A stretch of 64,000 bases of DNA. Origin: Planctomycetota bacterium. GTDB lineage: Bacteria > Planctomycetota > UBA11346. Under the pieces are notes generated by a model. The model saw nothing but the letters and a program-made list of their open reading frames with translations. It had not been told where the DNA came from and ran no database searches. Positions 10,219 to 23,838 of the stretch are shown in pieces; within the stretch, counting starts at the first letter, position 1; each line of letters begins with the position of its first letter. The DNA lies in contig JBIILZ010000001.1 of the NCBI GenBank assembly GCA_044338255.1, positions 15,769 to 79,768 on the forward strand, given 5' to 3'. The translations under genes and the position numbers were made by a program.

Positions 10219-10733
10219 TTATCGAAACGCACCACGTCTGTCTCCAGGCTGACGTAGTTGCGTTCTGGTAAGGGGAGACCGTCTTGCGGATAATGCGATA
10301 GGGGCGTGGTCTTGATGCCGTAGGGAACCTCTAGGTACTGCGTCAAAGGCTCCACGACCACGTTATCGGTACGCAGACGATCACGCCGAGGGATACGACG
10401 ATCATGCTCTGCGGCCAGCTCCCGTTGCAGATCATCCCGGGGCGTTTGTTTACTGGCTAACGTCTGGTCACCGAGGTTTTCCTTCAAATCGGTAAGTTGA
10501 GCGCGATTGATGGCATCAGGATGCTCACGCAGGATGCGATCTATGTCGCCCGAAGCGGTATTGTTGATGTCGTTGACGCTAAGCTCGGAAATGCTTTTGA
10601 TAGTATCAGTAACTGCCTGATTGGCAACGCCTTGTGGATTTATCGCCAAGTTCACCAAGGTCGCACAGCTACTGAGGAGGAGGATCGCACCCCCGCTCAG
10701 CAAGGTCCGGCCGAGATGAAGAAGGCGGGACAT
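10215..10733 (-). CDS. hypothetical lipoprotein
   Basis: Signal plus lipobox (ILLLSSC). Its stop codon (rc of CTA at 10215-10217) lies in the terminal CTAG of repeat copy B. Confidence 0.55.
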   Translation of the reverse strand: MSRLLHLGRTLLSGGAILLLSSCATLVNLAINPQGVANQAVTDTIKSISELSVNDINNTASGDIDRILREHPDAINRAQLTDLKENLGDQTLASKQTPRDDLQRELAAEHDRRIPRRDRLRTDNVVVEPLTQYLEVPYGIKTTPLSHYPQDGLPLPERNYVSLETDVVRFDN

Positions 10734-11048
10734 GGTACCATTCCATGGGACTTCCCGCGCTTGTCAAAATACCCCTGACGGAAATTTGCCAGGGAGTGTC
10801 AAACCCACGTCAATTGCCTGAAAAAGTCGGTGCGGTGAGCGGTGCACTGAGAGGCCTTCTTGACGGCTTTCGACGACTCCTGCGAGGTCTTGCGAGGTGC
10901 CCGGTCAAAAACTCCCCGGTTTCGACCGAGTCAGCATGGACCCCGTCAAATATTTACTGAAGTTAAGAGCCGATGTCTTCCGGCTTTACTAGCATTAATC
11001 CAAATTTGACAGGGTTGATGATGATGATCTATGACGTATTCATAGCTT

Positions 11049-12203
11049 ATGTCCGCAACCAGCCTCCAGCTCCACGGTGACCGTGAGCACCTTCTCGCAG
11101 CCATCCTGGCTGCCGATGCCGTCGTACCCTCGACGAGCAGCAAGCCCATCCTCACCAATCTGATGCTCGATGCCAAGGCCGCTCACTTGGAGATCAACGC
11201 CACAGATGGCCAGGTCGGTCTGCGTAGCATCGTTAGGCGGGTCGAGGTCACGGGTGTCGGTCAGGCAGTGGTCAACTCGCGCCAACTGGCGATGATCCTC
11301 CGTGAATCGGCTTCCGCCTCCGCCACGTTCGCCCTGGAAGTCACCGGTGAGCATAGTGTGCTCGTTATCAAGCTCAGCGATGGTGATTATTCGGTGCCGG
11401 CCGTGGTCGGCGAAACTTTTCCACCGGTGTCGTTCTTCCCCACCGACGTCGTGCCCTTCGCCCTGCCGGCGAAACGTTTAGAAGATATGTTGCGGCGTAC
11501 GACCTTCGCCATGGATAAGGAACGCACCAGCCCGACGCTCAGCGGCCTGTCGCTGACCATTGGCAGCGGTGAGTTGGTCCTCGCTGCGACAGACGGCAAG
11601 GTGCTCTCGGAAACCGTCGAAAAAGGCGAGGCTTTCCATCTTCCCAATGACGAGCGTCTAGCGGTGGTCCTGCCTGCCGTCGCCGTCAATCATCTCGGAC
11701 GGATTCTTTCGAGTTCGGCGGCCGCCCATGAAAAGGTCGACATTGCTTTCGCCGGCAAGTTGGCCTTCCTGCGCATGGCAATCGCCGACGGCTTGTCCGT
11801 GGAGTTCACCACGCGGCTGGTCGACGGCACTTTCCCGGCCTATCGTGCGGCCTTGACCAACACCACCGGACAGGTGGCGATCACCTTCCATACCGCGCAG
11901 CTGGCATCGGCGGTGCGTCGTGTAGCGCTGATGACGCAACAGGCTTCACGGGCCATCGTCATGAGCCTTGATCAGGATCAGGCAGTATTCAGCAACATGA
12001 ACTACACCAACGGCAGCGCGCGGATTCCCGTCACCTGCCAGTACAGTGGTGCGCCAGCCAAATTCGGTCTCAACAGCCAGTACATGAGCGACATCCTCAA
12101 GGTCTACGGTGGCGAGCACATCGGCATCGAAATAAGCCGCGGTCTGATCATGCGCGAACCCGGGGTGACCTACCTGGTCATGCCAATCTCGTTGCCGGTG
12201 TGA
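11049..12203 (+). CDS. dnaN: DNA polymerase III beta subunit (sliding clamp)
   Basis: KPILTNLMLDAKAAHLEINATDGQVGLR N-terminal clamp motif, 384 aa, C-terminus ...YLVMPISLPV (cf. E. coli YVVMPMRL). No dnaA is adjacent. Confidence 0.78.
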   Translation: MSATSLQLHGDREHLLAAILAADAVVPSTSSKPILTNLMLDAKAAHLEINATDGQVGLRSIVRRVEVTGVGQAVVNSRQLAMILRESASASATFALEVTGEHSVLVIKLSDGDYSVPAVVGETFPPVSFFPTDVVPFALPAKRLEDMLRRTTFAMDKERTSPTLSGLSLTIGSGELVLAATDGKVLSETVEKGEAFHLPNDERLAVVLPAVAVNHLGRILSSSAAAHEKVDIAFAGKLAFLRMAIADGLSVEFTTRLVDGTFPAYRAALTNTTGQVAITFHTAQLASAVRRVALMTQQASRAIVMSLDQDQAVFSNMNYTNGSARIPVTCQYSGAPAKFGLNSQYMSDILKVYGGEHIGIEISRGLIMREPGVTYLVMPISLPV

Positions 12204-13378
12204 TGCACCTCGCCATCCCCACGGGAGTGCCGTGGGATGATGGGCGCTGGGCCTATGCGCGCTTGCAGCAAGCGGGTCATGAGGCGTGGTTCGTCGGCGG
12301 CTGTGTCCGCGATCTCATTCTGCAGCGCCCGGTACACGATGTGGATATCGCCACTTCGGCGCATCCCCATGAGGTGCTGGCCTGCTTTCCCAAGGTCATC
12401 GAAGTCGGCCGTTCGTTTGGGGTGGTCATTGCCGTTCATCCTTCGGGACGACAACTGGAGATCGCCACCTTTCGCCACGATGGTGCTTATATCGACGGTC
12501 GACGGCCGACCTCGGTCGTCTTCTCGACCGCGCAGGAAGATGTGAAACGCCGCGATTTCACGATCAATGGCCTGTTACTGCATCCATTTGAGGAAACCGT
12601 CGTCGATCATGTCGGCGGACTCGACGACCTGCATCACCGGCGCCTACGAGTAATCGAAGGTCCGCAACGTCTGCTTGAAGATCGCCTGAGAGTATTGCGT
12701 GGTCTGCGTTTTTCCGCCCACTTGGGTCTGACTCCTACCGCCGAGACTTGGGCGGCCTTGGTCAGCACCTCCTTGGATGGCTTGTCACGTGAACGCATCT
12801 GGCAGGAAATCCATAAAGGCCTGGCCTCGCGCCCGGCGGCGTGGTGGAAATCCGTATCGGCAAGCGGTCATGTGCCCGAGCTCATACCGTGCGTAAGCGA
12901 TCATCAGCAGGACATCGCCCAGCACCTTGAGGCAGTCACCAAAGAGGACGATCCCATGGTAGCTTTGGCGGTGATCCTGGCCCCTGCCGCCAGTCCCGAA
13001 TTATGGCAATGGCTGCAAAAGGAACCCTGTGCCCGTGAGCAGCAACGGCGTCTACGTGAGCTGTGTAGCGCGCGAGCAACCCTGCTGCACGGCTGTTCTT
13101 TGGCGGTCCGTCGGCGCCTGCTGCGCGGCCCCGACGCAGCCCTTCTGGTGCGTTTGCTGACCTGCTGCGGCGAAGTGCCGGAAGCAGCCACGTGGCTAGC
13201 GGACGAGCAAGCCTGCGGACCTCTGCCGCCGTTGCTTACCGCCAGCGATCTGCTGGCGGCGGGAATTCCCCCCGGGCCGCGCATCGGCCAATTGCTGGCG
13301 GCGAGCATCGATCTGCAACTTACCGGCGCATTGAGCGAGCGTACCGCCGCCTTGACCTGGGCATTACGCCAGCCGTAA
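12200..13378 (+). CDS. tRNA nucleotidyltransferase / poly(A) polymerase family protein (likely CCA-adding enzyme)
   Basis: GGCVRDLIL...DVDIAT and RRDFTINGL Pol-beta nucleotidyltransferase head; 392 aa; start overlaps the dnaN stop by 4 nt. Confidence 0.78.
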   Translation: MMHLAIPTGVPWDDGRWAYARLQQAGHEAWFVGGCVRDLILQRPVHDVDIATSAHPHEVLACFPKVIEVGRSFGVVIAVHPSGRQLEIATFRHDGAYIDGRRPTSVVFSTAQEDVKRRDFTINGLLLHPFEETVVDHVGGLDDLHHRRLRVIEGPQRLLEDRLRVLRGLRFSAHLGLTPTAETWAALVSTSLDGLSRERIWQEIHKGLASRPAAWWKSVSASGHVPELIPCVSDHQQDIAQHLEAVTKEDDPMVALAVILAPAASPELWQWLQKEPCAREQQRRLRELCSARATLLHGCSLAVRRRLLRGPDAALLVRLLTCCGEVPEAATWLADEQACGPLPPLLTASDLLAAGIPPGPRIGQLLAASIDLQLTGALSERTAALTWALRQP

Positions 13379-13560
13379 AAGCTTACGTCGCGGCCATCGG
13401 AAATTCTGCGCAGGGTGCGGCGGCGGGGCGGTATGAATCATGATAAAATATATTGCCGGTCAGATGCCGCTCAGAAACCGCGCGCATTGACCCTTCTGGC
13501 GGGACATCTACGTTGCTCGCCGCTTTTTCACACCGCAGACCCTGCACAGGAAGCACCCTC

Positions 13561-16557
13561 ATGGCGAAAGCCCCAAAATACATCTATCACTTCGGCGGCG
13601 GCAAATCCGACGGCGACGCGTCGCTGAAGTCGTTGCTCGGCGGTAAGGGCGCCAATCTCGCTGAAATGAGCCGTCGTGGCTTCCTGGTGCCGGATGGCTT
13701 CACCATCACCACCGAGGTCTGCACGTATTACTACGACAACAAAAAGACCTATCCGAAGGGCTTGCTCGAAGCCGACATGAAGGCCGCCGTCGGTAAGCTT
13801 GAAAAAGCCACCGGCAAGAAGTTTGGCGACACCAAGAACCCGCTGCTCGTCTCGGTGCGCTCGGGCGCCCGTGACTCGATGCCGGGCATGATGGACACCA
13901 TCCTCAACCTCGGCCTCAACGACAAGACGGTTGAAGCGCTGCGCGTGAAGACCAGCAATGGCCGCTTCGCCTACGACAGCTACCGCCGCTTCGTGCAGAT
14001 GTACGGCGACGTGGTGATGGGCGTGCAAAAGCGCAACGAGAATGAAGAAGATCCGTTCGAACAGGTCATCGAACACGTCAAGGAAAAGGCCGGCAAGCAC
14101 CACGACACCGACCTCAACGAAGACGACCTCAAGCAGATCATCGTCGGCTACCGCAAGCTCATCAAGGAGCGCACCGGCCGCGAATTCCCCCAAGATCCAT
14201 ATGAGCAGCTCAAGGGCGCCATCGGCGCCGTGTTCGGCTCGTGGATGAACGACCGCGCCATCCTCTATCGCAACAAGTACCACATCCCCCACGAATGGGG
14301 TACGGCGGTCAACGTCCAGGCGATGGTCTTCGGCAACATGGGCGAGACCTCGGGCACCGGCGTGGCCTTCACCCGCAACCCCGCCAACGGCGTCAACGAA
14401 TTCTACGGCGAGTACCTCGCCAATGCCCAGGGTGAAGACGTGGTCGCGGGCATCCGCACCCCGTTGAAGATCACCGACATGGCCACCGATCCGATCTTCG
14501 GCGACATCTTCAAGCAGCTGATGAAGGTCCGCACCAAGCTCGAAAAAGAATTCGGCGATGTCCAGGACTTCGAGTTCACCATCGAAGAGCAGAAGCTCTA
14601 CATGCTGCAGACGCGCCACGGCAAGCGCACCGCCCAGGCCTACGTCAAGATCGCCCATGACATGGTCAAAGCCAAGCTCATGAGCCCCGAGCACGCCGTC
14701 GCCAGCGGCGATCCGCAGGCGCTCGACCAGCTGCTCGCGCCGATCTTCGACCTCGCTGACGAAAAGGCTGCCGAGAAGGATTGCTACCTGACCTCCGGCC
14801 TGCCGGCGGGTCCGGGTGCGGCTTCGGGCATCATCGCCCTGAGCGCCAAGAAGGCCGAAGAAGTCGCAGCTGCCGGCCAGAAGGCCGTACTCTGCCGCAT
14901 CGAGACCAGCCCTGAAGATCTGCGCGGCATGATCGCCGCCGAAGGCATCCTCACCGCTCGCGGTGGCGTGTCGTCGCACGCCGCGCTCGTCGCCCGTCAG
15001 ATGGGCAAGGTCTGCGTCGCTGGTGCTGGTGAAGTCACCATCAACTACGAGAAGGGCACCCTGACCTGCAATGGCATGACCTTGAAAGAAGGCGACTACA
15101 TCGCCATCAACGGCACCACCGGCAAGGTCTACGGCCGCAACGTCAAGACTTCCGACAGCGAGCTGAAGCAGGTCCTCATCGCCAAGACCATGAAGCCCAA
15201 GGACAGCGAACTGTTCCAGGCCTACGACTTCGTCATGCAGCTCGCCGACAAGTACCGCACGTTGGGCATCCGCACCAACGCCGATCAGCCTGATCAGGCG
15301 ATCAACGCGGTGGCCTTCGGTGCCGAAGGCATCGGCCTGTGCCGTACCGAGCACATGTTCTTCGAAGGTGATCGCATCGACTCCGTGCGCGAGATGATCC
15401 TCTTCAGCGACGACTACGCGAAGTTCAAGAATGAGCTCGCCGAAGCCAAGGGCGACGAAGAAAAAGAACGCGCCCTGAAGAACCAGTACGCTCCGGCTAT
15501 CGCGCACTTCACCGGCGCCCTGGCCAAGCTCCTGCCGATGCAGCAAAAGGATTTCGAAGGTCTCTTCGAAGCCATGGACGGTCGCCCGGTGACCATCCGT
15601 TACCTCGACCCGCCCCTGCACGAGTTCCTCCCCGTCGGCCACGACCAGATCGACGGTCTGGCCAAGAAGCTCGGCGTGCCCTTCCAGCGCATCGCCGATC
15701 TCGGCCACGCCCTGCACGAGTCGAATCCGATGCTCGGCCACCGCGGCTGCCGCCTCGGCATCGTCTACCCTGAGATCAGCGAGATGCAGTCGCGCGCGGT
15801 GTTCCGTGCCGCGATCGCCCTCACCAAGAAGGGCAAGAAGATCATCCCCGAGATCATGATTCCGCTGGTCGGTTACAACCAGGAGCTGAAGCATCAGCTC
15901 GACGTGGTGCATGCCGTCGCCAAGGAAGAAATGGCCGCTTCGGGCGTGAAGTTCAAGTACCTCGTCGGGACCATGATCGAGATCCCCCGCGGTGCCTTGA
16001 CCGCTGATGAGATCGCCCACGAAGCGCAGTTCTTCTCGTTCGGCACCAACGACCTGACCCAGACCACCTTGGGCATGTCGCGCGACGACTCGGGCAAGTT
16101 CCTGCCGCACTACAACAAGATCGGCATCACCAAGGGCAACCCCTTCGCCACCCTCGACCAGGGCGGCGTCGGCAAGCTGATGCAGATCGCCATTGAAGGC
16201 GGCAAGAAGACTCGTCCCGACATCAAGCTCGGCATCTGCGGCGAACACGGTGGCGACCCCACCACCATCGGCTTCTGCCACGACATCGGCCTGTCCTATG
16301 TCAGCTGCTCGCCGTTCCGCGTGCCGGTCGCTCGCTTGGCTGCCGCCCAGGCCGCCCTGCGCGCTGCCAAGAAGGCAAAGGCTGCCGGCGCCGCCCAGGG
16401 CCCGGCCAAGAAGGCCGCCAAAACCCCTGCCAAAGCCAAGACGGTGAAAATCGTCAAGACCGCCAAGGTGGTTAAGGCCAAGGCCAAGGTCGTGAAGGTG
16501 GTCGCCCCCAAGAAGGCCGCCCCCAAGAAGGCCCTCAAGGCTGCCAAGGCTCGTTGA
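13561..16557 (+). CDS. ppdK: pyruvate, phosphate dikinase with a Lys/Ala-rich C-terminal extension
   Basis: [14 protein letters not shown]..., [10 protein letters not shown], phospho-His domain [18 protein letters not shown]-utilising C-terminal domain ending ...[19 protein letters not shown]. An extra ~69-aa tail ([46 protein letters not shown]...) follows. Start ATG at 13561 has AGGAAG upstream; the track start at 13453 adds non-homologous residues. Confidence 0.9.
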   Translation: MAKAPKYIYHFGGGKSDGDASLKSLLGGKGANLAEMSRRGFLVPDGFTITTEVCTYYYDNKKTYPKGLLEADMKAAVGKLEKATGKKFGDTKNPLLVSVRSGARDSMPGMMDTILNLGLNDKTVEALRVKTSNGRFAYDSYRRFVQMYGDVVMGVQKRNENEEDPFEQVIEHVKEKAGKHHDTDLNEDDLKQIIVGYRKLIKERTGREFPQDPYEQLKGAIGAVFGSWMNDRAILYRNKYHIPHEWGTAVNVQAMVFGNMGETSGTGVAFTRNPANGVNEFYGEYLANAQGEDVVAGIRTPLKITDMATDPIFGDIFKQLMKVRTKLEKEFGDVQDFEFTIEEQKLYMLQTRHGKRTAQAYVKIAHDMVKAKLMSPEHAVASGDPQALDQLLAPIFDLADEKAAEKDCYLTSGLPAGPGAASGIIALSAKKAEEVAAAGQKAVLCRIETSPEDLRGMIAAEGILTARGGVSSHAALVARQMGKVCVAGAGEVTINYEKGTLTCNGMTLKEGDYIAINGTTGKVYGRNVKTSDSELKQVLIAKTMKPKDSELFQAYDFVMQLADKYRTLGIRTNADQPDQAINAVAFGAEGIGLCRTEHMFFEGDRIDSVREMILFSDDYAKFKNELAEAKGDEEKERALKNQYAPAIAHFTGALAKLLPMQQKDFEGLFEAMDGRPVTIRYLDPPLHEFLPVGHDQIDGLAKKLGVPFQRIADLGHALHESNPMLGHRGCRLGIVYPEISEMQSRAVFRAAIALTKKGKKIIPEIMIPLVGYNQELKHQLDVVHAVAKEEMAASGVKFKYLVGTMIEIPRGALTADEIAHEAQFFSFGTNDLTQTTLGMSRDDSGKFLPHYNKIGITKGNPFATLDQGGVGKLMQIAIEGGKKTRPDIKLGICGEHGGDPTTIGFCHDIGLSYVSCSPFRVPVARLAAAQAALRAAKKAKAAGAAQGPAKKAAKTPAKAKTVKIVKTAKVVKAKAKVVKVVAPKKAAPKKALKAAKAR

Positions 16558-16633
16558 GAGAGAATAGCAAGCTAGGAACAACCGCATCGCCCCGCCGCTA
16601 GTCGGCAAAGCGATGCGGTTGAGTCGAAACTCA

Positions 16634-16675
16634 CAGCACCCCCGGTGGATTCCACCGGGGGTGCTGTCGTTTTCG
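16634..16675 (+). terminator. intrinsic terminator after ppdK
   Basis: 15-bp perfect stem CAGCACCCCCGGTGG-att-CCACCGGGGGTGCTG followed by TCGTTTTCG. A second hairpin (AACCGCATCGC...GCGATGCGGTT) lies at 16581-16620. Confidence 0.65.
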
Positions 16676-16698
16676 ATTGAAGACGGAATGGCTTTCCC

Positions 16699-18285
16699 GT
16701 GCCTTCCATGACTGGCATTTCAAACGACGATGGTTCTGACCACAGGGGCGAAGCCGCGATGAATGATCTCCAAATTGCGGTAGTCGGACCGCTCTTGCTG
16801 CTGATCTTGCTGCTGGTTTGCCGTCGTCGGCCGTCGTTTGCTGAGGGGTGGATGAGGCTCCTGCCCCGATGGGCGGCGGTGGTCTTCGTGGTGCCCTTCG
16901 TCATCGCTTGCGCCTTCACCTTTCCCAGTCTCGACGATTGGTGCTATGGCGCCTCAGGTCATCGGGACTGGTGGGCAGCGCAGACCGCGAGCTATAATGG
17001 CTGGTCCGGGCGGATCACCGCCATCGCGGTGATCACCGGCTGGGGCAGTCTCGGCTCGCCTTGGTTCGCGGCGATGTTCGGCTATCGCTTGGTGATCGTC
17101 GCCATTGGGGTGTTGGCCAGTTGGATCTATTGGGATGTCATAGGGGCTTTCTTCCCTGACATTCAGCGGCGCGAACGGGGAACCTTGACCGTGGCGGGGA
17201 TGGCTGGATCGATCCTCTTGCTCAATGATCCGTTGGAGGGGCTTTATTGGCTCTCAGGCATCGCCTCGTACACCCTTGGCGCAGCGTCTGGGTTGCTCGC
17301 GTGCAGTTCCCTGCTGTGGGCAGCACGGGGAGTCCGCTGGCGCTGGTGGTTGGCCGTGTTCGCCTTGGTCTGGGCTTGTCTCTCAAGTGAAGTGGTGGCA
17401 GCGGTGACCCTGACTGGTGGCAGCGGAATCATCATCGGTTGTTTGCGTGGTGGCGAACGTTGGCGGGGTCTGGCGGTGCTGGTAGCAGGCCTCTTGGCCA
17501 CCGGCCTGTCTCTCCTGGCGCCCGGCAATCAGATCCGCGTTGCGGTGGCCATGAGCCAAGGATTGCCTGCGGTCGATCACAGCGTCGGGTCAGTGCTCAG
17601 CACGACCATGGCGCTGGCGTGGGCCTATCTGGCGGACTCCCGTTGGGCCGCGGTGGCGGCACTGGGCGCGTGGTTGGCATCCCATTCGCCGCTGCGCCAG
17701 ACCTTCAGCGGCGGGCTGGTGATGTTGTTCATCCCGGTACTGGTCTTGGCGGCGGCGTTGCCTTTGGCCTGGGCAGGGATGAGTCCCGGGCGCGCATGGA
17801 ATCCGCTGGCGATGTATAGTGCCCTGCTGCTGCTGTGCGGCGCGTGGTTGGGCGGTCCACGGTTAGTTCTCCCGCTGCTGCTCCTTGTCGGACTATCACT
17901 GGTGAGAAATTTCACTCCCGGAATGGATGGCCTGGTGGTTTCCTGGTGCGCTTGGTCGATCCCCTTGGGCATGGCGTGGCTGTTGCGTCCACAATTGGAG
18001 CGTCAGGTCTTCCTGGCGATGTTGGCGGTGGCCCTGCTCTTGGGTTCCGAGCGCTTCATTGGGGCCATTCCGCAGCTTGCGCGCGGACCAGAGTTGGCGC
18101 GACAGCAGGCGAATCGCTTACGGATTTTGGCTGAGGCGCCCCCGAGAACGGCGGTCGTGCTACCCGGCTTGACGGGCGACATGCCATATCTGTACCACAT
18201 TGCCGACTTAACCCGCAATGAGCAGGCATGGCCAAATCAGGGGGCCGCTCTTTTCTTCGACCTCAAGAGCGTGCGCATCAAGTAA
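16699..18285 (+). CDS. polytopic integral membrane protein (possible GT-C-type glycosyltransferase)
   Basis: About 12 hydrophobic segments and an early periplasmic-loop DDWCYG motif. Start is uncertain (GTG 16699, ATG 16708 or ATG 16759). Confidence 0.55.
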   Translation: MPSMTGISNDDGSDHRGEAAMNDLQIAVVGPLLLLILLLVCRRRPSFAEGWMRLLPRWAAVVFVVPFVIACAFTFPSLDDWCYGASGHRDWWAAQTASYNGWSGRITAIAVITGWGSLGSPWFAAMFGYRLVIVAIGVLASWIYWDVIGAFFPDIQRRERGTLTVAGMAGSILLLNDPLEGLYWLSGIASYTLGAASGLLACSSLLWAARGVRWRWWLAVFALVWACLSSEVVAAVTLTGGSGIIIGCLRGGERWRGLAVLVAGLLATGLSLLAPGNQIRVAVAMSQGLPAVDHSVGSVLSTTMALAWAYLADSRWAAVAALGAWLASHSPLRQTFSGGLVMLFIPVLVLAAALPLAWAGMSPGRAWNPLAMYSALLLLCGAWLGGPRLVLPLLLLVGLSLVRNFTPGMDGLVVSWCAWSIPLGMAWLLRPQLERQVFLAMLAVALLLGSERFIGAIPQLARGPELARQQANRLRILAEAPPRTAVVLPGLTGDMPYLYHIADLTRNEQAWPNQGAALFFDLKSVRIK

Positions 18286-18343
18286 AAAGCGCCCCGCTGG
18301 AGCCCTGGGCGAGGGCAGACCCCGACGCGAGAGCACCCGCCCA

Positions 18344-19261
18344 TCAGCTATCCGGCCGACGCCGGATAATGGTGCTGCAAGTGTCGGGAGGGCGCGGCGG
18401 TCTGGAAATCAGTAGTGCTCCGCCCATGGTCACGGCGATGCCGCACCAGCCGAGTACGCCCAACGTCTCGTTGAGCATCACCCAACCGAAGAGCGCCGTC
18501 AGGGCGGGCGCCACGGTACCTAAGATCGCCGCCCGGGCCGCACCCAGGCGCACGAGGGCCGCACCCGCCAAGAGCACGGGAATGACGGTCGCCAACAGTG
18601 CCAACGCCGCGCCATAGCCGAGCGTCGTGAGGCTGGGATGCAGCGTCGCCTGCGGAGCCATCAGTAGCGCATGGAGTACCGAGGTGGTCGTGGCTCCGAT
18701 CATGGCGATGGCCATCGCTCGCGTGCTGCCGATACGTTTCACGAGGTCTTCGATCAGTACCAGATGCACCGCAAAGGCTACCGCGCTGGCGGCGACCAGC
18801 CACACCCCGACGAGGTGCGCGCTGTGGATGCGATCGCCCCAGGTCAACACGATGCCGCCATAGGTCGCCGCCAAGGCGAGGAAGAGATCGCGATCTACTC
18901 CGCGTCGTCCGCGCAGCACGGCCAGGCCGACGACCACGGTCGGATAGAGGAACAGTACCACCCGCTCCAGCGCGGCATCGATGAAACGTAGCCCGGAAAA
19001 ATCGAGGAAGCTGGCGACATGGTAGCCCAGCACGCCCAAGAGCAGCAGGCGTACGCGATCGGCACGGGCCAGCGGGCCCTGGCGAAAGGCATACCAGACG
19101 GCGATCAGGGCGAAGCACGGCAGGCTGAAAATCAGGCGCCAAGCGAGCAGCTCGAGTACGCCACCGCCGTGGCCATAGGCGAGACGGACGAAGACGGCCT
19201 TGCCGGCAAAAAGCACGGCGGCCAATACTCCACAGAGAGTTCCGATGACACGCGGAGACAT
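18344..19261 (-). CDS. DMT/EamA-family transporter
   Basis: Ten TM segments in two EamA-like halves; start taken at MSPRVIGTLCG (track ORF extends 19 codons upstream). Confidence 0.7.
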   Translation of the reverse strand: MSPRVIGTLCGVLAAVLFAGKAVFVRLAYGHGGGVLELLAWRLIFSLPCFALIAVWYAFRQGPLARADRVRLLLLGVLGYHVASFLDFSGLRFIDAALERVVLFLYPTVVVGLAVLRGRRGVDRDLFLALAATYGGIVLTWGDRIHSAHLVGVWLVAASAVAFAVHLVLIEDLVKRIGSTRAMAIAMIGATTTSVLHALLMAPQATLHPSLTTLGYGAALALLATVIPVLLAGAALVRLGAARAAILGTVAPALTALFGWVMLNETLGVLGWCGIAVTMGGALLISRPPRPPDTCSTIIRRRPDS

Positions 19262-19536
19262 GAGCACATCCAGCGCCGGGCAGGAGGAAGTCACCCGCTG
19301 TCCGGCCCGGCGCCGCACAGCGGGCCAGGCGTCAAACGCCGCGGCCCGCTCAGGTGAGCGGGCCGCGGCCTCATCGATAATGATGCAGCAGCGGGCTCAC
19401 CTCAGCTGAGGAAGCACACGCCAAAGCACATTCACGACGGTTTGAACCATGGGCGGAGCCTATGCGCCACGCGCGGCTGTCACTCAGCAACAGTCACCAA
19501 GCATTTGTCACCAAGCAACTGTCATCAAGCAACGCG

Positions 19537-19980
19537 TCAGCGCGCCTGACGCAGCACCTTCCCGGCCAGTCGGCCCAGGGTGGCGATGCCGGCCTGGCGC
19601 GTTTCATCCCACACCGCGGCATTGAGACGGATGCAGGTGTCGTAACACCCGCGAGCACTGAACAGCGGCCCCGGCGCCAGCGAGATACGCGCGCGCAAGG
19701 CCGCGTCATAGAGGCGCAGCGCAGCGCGGCGCAGCCGGCAGGAAGCTCGACCCACAAGACGTAGCCGCCGGTGGGTCGTGTCACGTGCGTGCCGGCGGGG
19801 AAAGCCGCCAGCACCGCTGCCGCCATGGCGCTGCGGCTGCGCGCATAGCGCATATAAGGGGCGCACGCGGCGCAGGTGACGCTCGTACCCACCACGGATG
19901 ATGAAGCGCGCCAGCGCATGCTGGGCGAGACTGCCGGCGGCGAGGCGAGCGGCAACTTGGCGATAGAGCGGGAGGTCGAC
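19537..19980 (-). pseudogene. frameshifted C-terminal remnant of a MocR/GabR-type PLP-dependent aminotransferase-domain regulator
   Basis: Read in two frames by eye: ...GGYERHLRRVRPLYA...AFPAGTHVTRPTGGYVLWVELPAG then a frameshift into ...AALRLYDAALRARISLAPGPLFSARGCYDTCIRLNAAVWDETRQAGIATLGRLAGKVLRQAR*. No HTH or aminotransferase N-terminal region survives upstream. Same strand and immediately upstream of the DMT gene (the classic MocR-EamA pairing). Confidence 0.45.
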
Positions 19981-20109
19981 AGGGTACAGTGTGCAGACGT
20001 TGGCTCTCCGAACAGATACAGATTACCGGAAAGCGACAGATACAGCGGTGCATCTCCCCGCGGCGGTGGCACTGGATTCCGTGTGACGACGGGATCAATT
20101 GAGTCCGTC

Positions 20110-20923
20110 ATGCGCCAATTCCTGGTCAGTTTCCATATCGAGCTGATGGCGGGGTGCACCGTCGACGTACCGCATCACGGCGGCGAGGTTGATCGTCCGA
20201 CGGGCATGGATGGGTGGATCCTCAATCTCACCACCGCCGGCCTCGGCCGGGTCGGACGCGGCGCGACTGTGTTCACCACCGCTCCCGGGCGCCTGCTGCT
20301 GTTCAAACCGGCGGTGGCGCATGACTACGGTCGCGCCGCGCCCGCCGGCGAGTGGACACATCAGTGGGTCTATTTCTTTCCCCGCAGCGCGTGGTTCGAA
20401 TGGCTGACGTGGCCCGAGGTCAGCCCCGGTATCCTCAGCCTGGATCTCTCCGGGCACGAATTGCTACCGCGGATCCAGGCGCTGTTCAGCGAGCTGATCG
20501 CGACCGCCAACGGTCCGTGGTCCCGGCGGGTGTCGTTGGCGACGAGCCAGCTCGAACAGTTGCTGCTATGGTGCGACCAAGCCAATCCCCAGTCGCACCC
20601 CGGAGTCGATGCGCGCATCCAGGCGGTCCTCGATCACTTCAGCGCCGACCTCGGTGCGAAGCACCGCATCACCCAGCTGGCGCGTATCGCCGGGCTCTCC
20701 GAATCGCGACTGGCGCATCTGTTCCGCGCCCAGACCGGGGTCGCCCCGCTGCAGTATCTCGAACAGCAGCGCATCGCCCGCGCCCGCGAGCTGCTGCTGA
20801 TGAGTGGCCGGCCCCTTGCGGCGATCGCCGAAGAAATCGGTATGCCTGATTCGACGTGGTTCGCGCGCGTCTTCCGGCGTCAGGTCGGTCTCAGTCCGCG
20901 AGCCTATCGCCTCGCGGGGGGAC

Positions 20924-20934
<11 letters not shown>
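20110..20934 (+). CDS. AraC-family transcriptional regulator (cupin N-domain plus HTH)
   Basis: C-terminal AraC HTH (LARIAGLSESRLAHLFRAQTGVAPLQYL...GMPDSTWFARVFRRQVGLSPRAYR); start at MRQFLVSF (ATG 20110). Confidence 0.8.
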
Positions 20935-23762
<2,828 letters not shown>

Positions 23763-23838
23763 GAGGCGGCTGCAGCCTTGGCCTGGGCGGCAGGGGTCAA
23801 CCGTTCACCTCCGCCCGCGAGCCATAGGCTGCGCCGAG

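Noticed and set aside
16300-16557. PPDK KA-rich tail as a separate small H1-like gene
   Set aside because: No stop codon or start signal separates it from the PPDK body. It is in the same frame, so it is treated as a C-terminal extension pending resequencing.
13528-16608. 1026-aa minus-strand ORF
   Set aside because: Exact antisense of ppdK; no recognisable domains.
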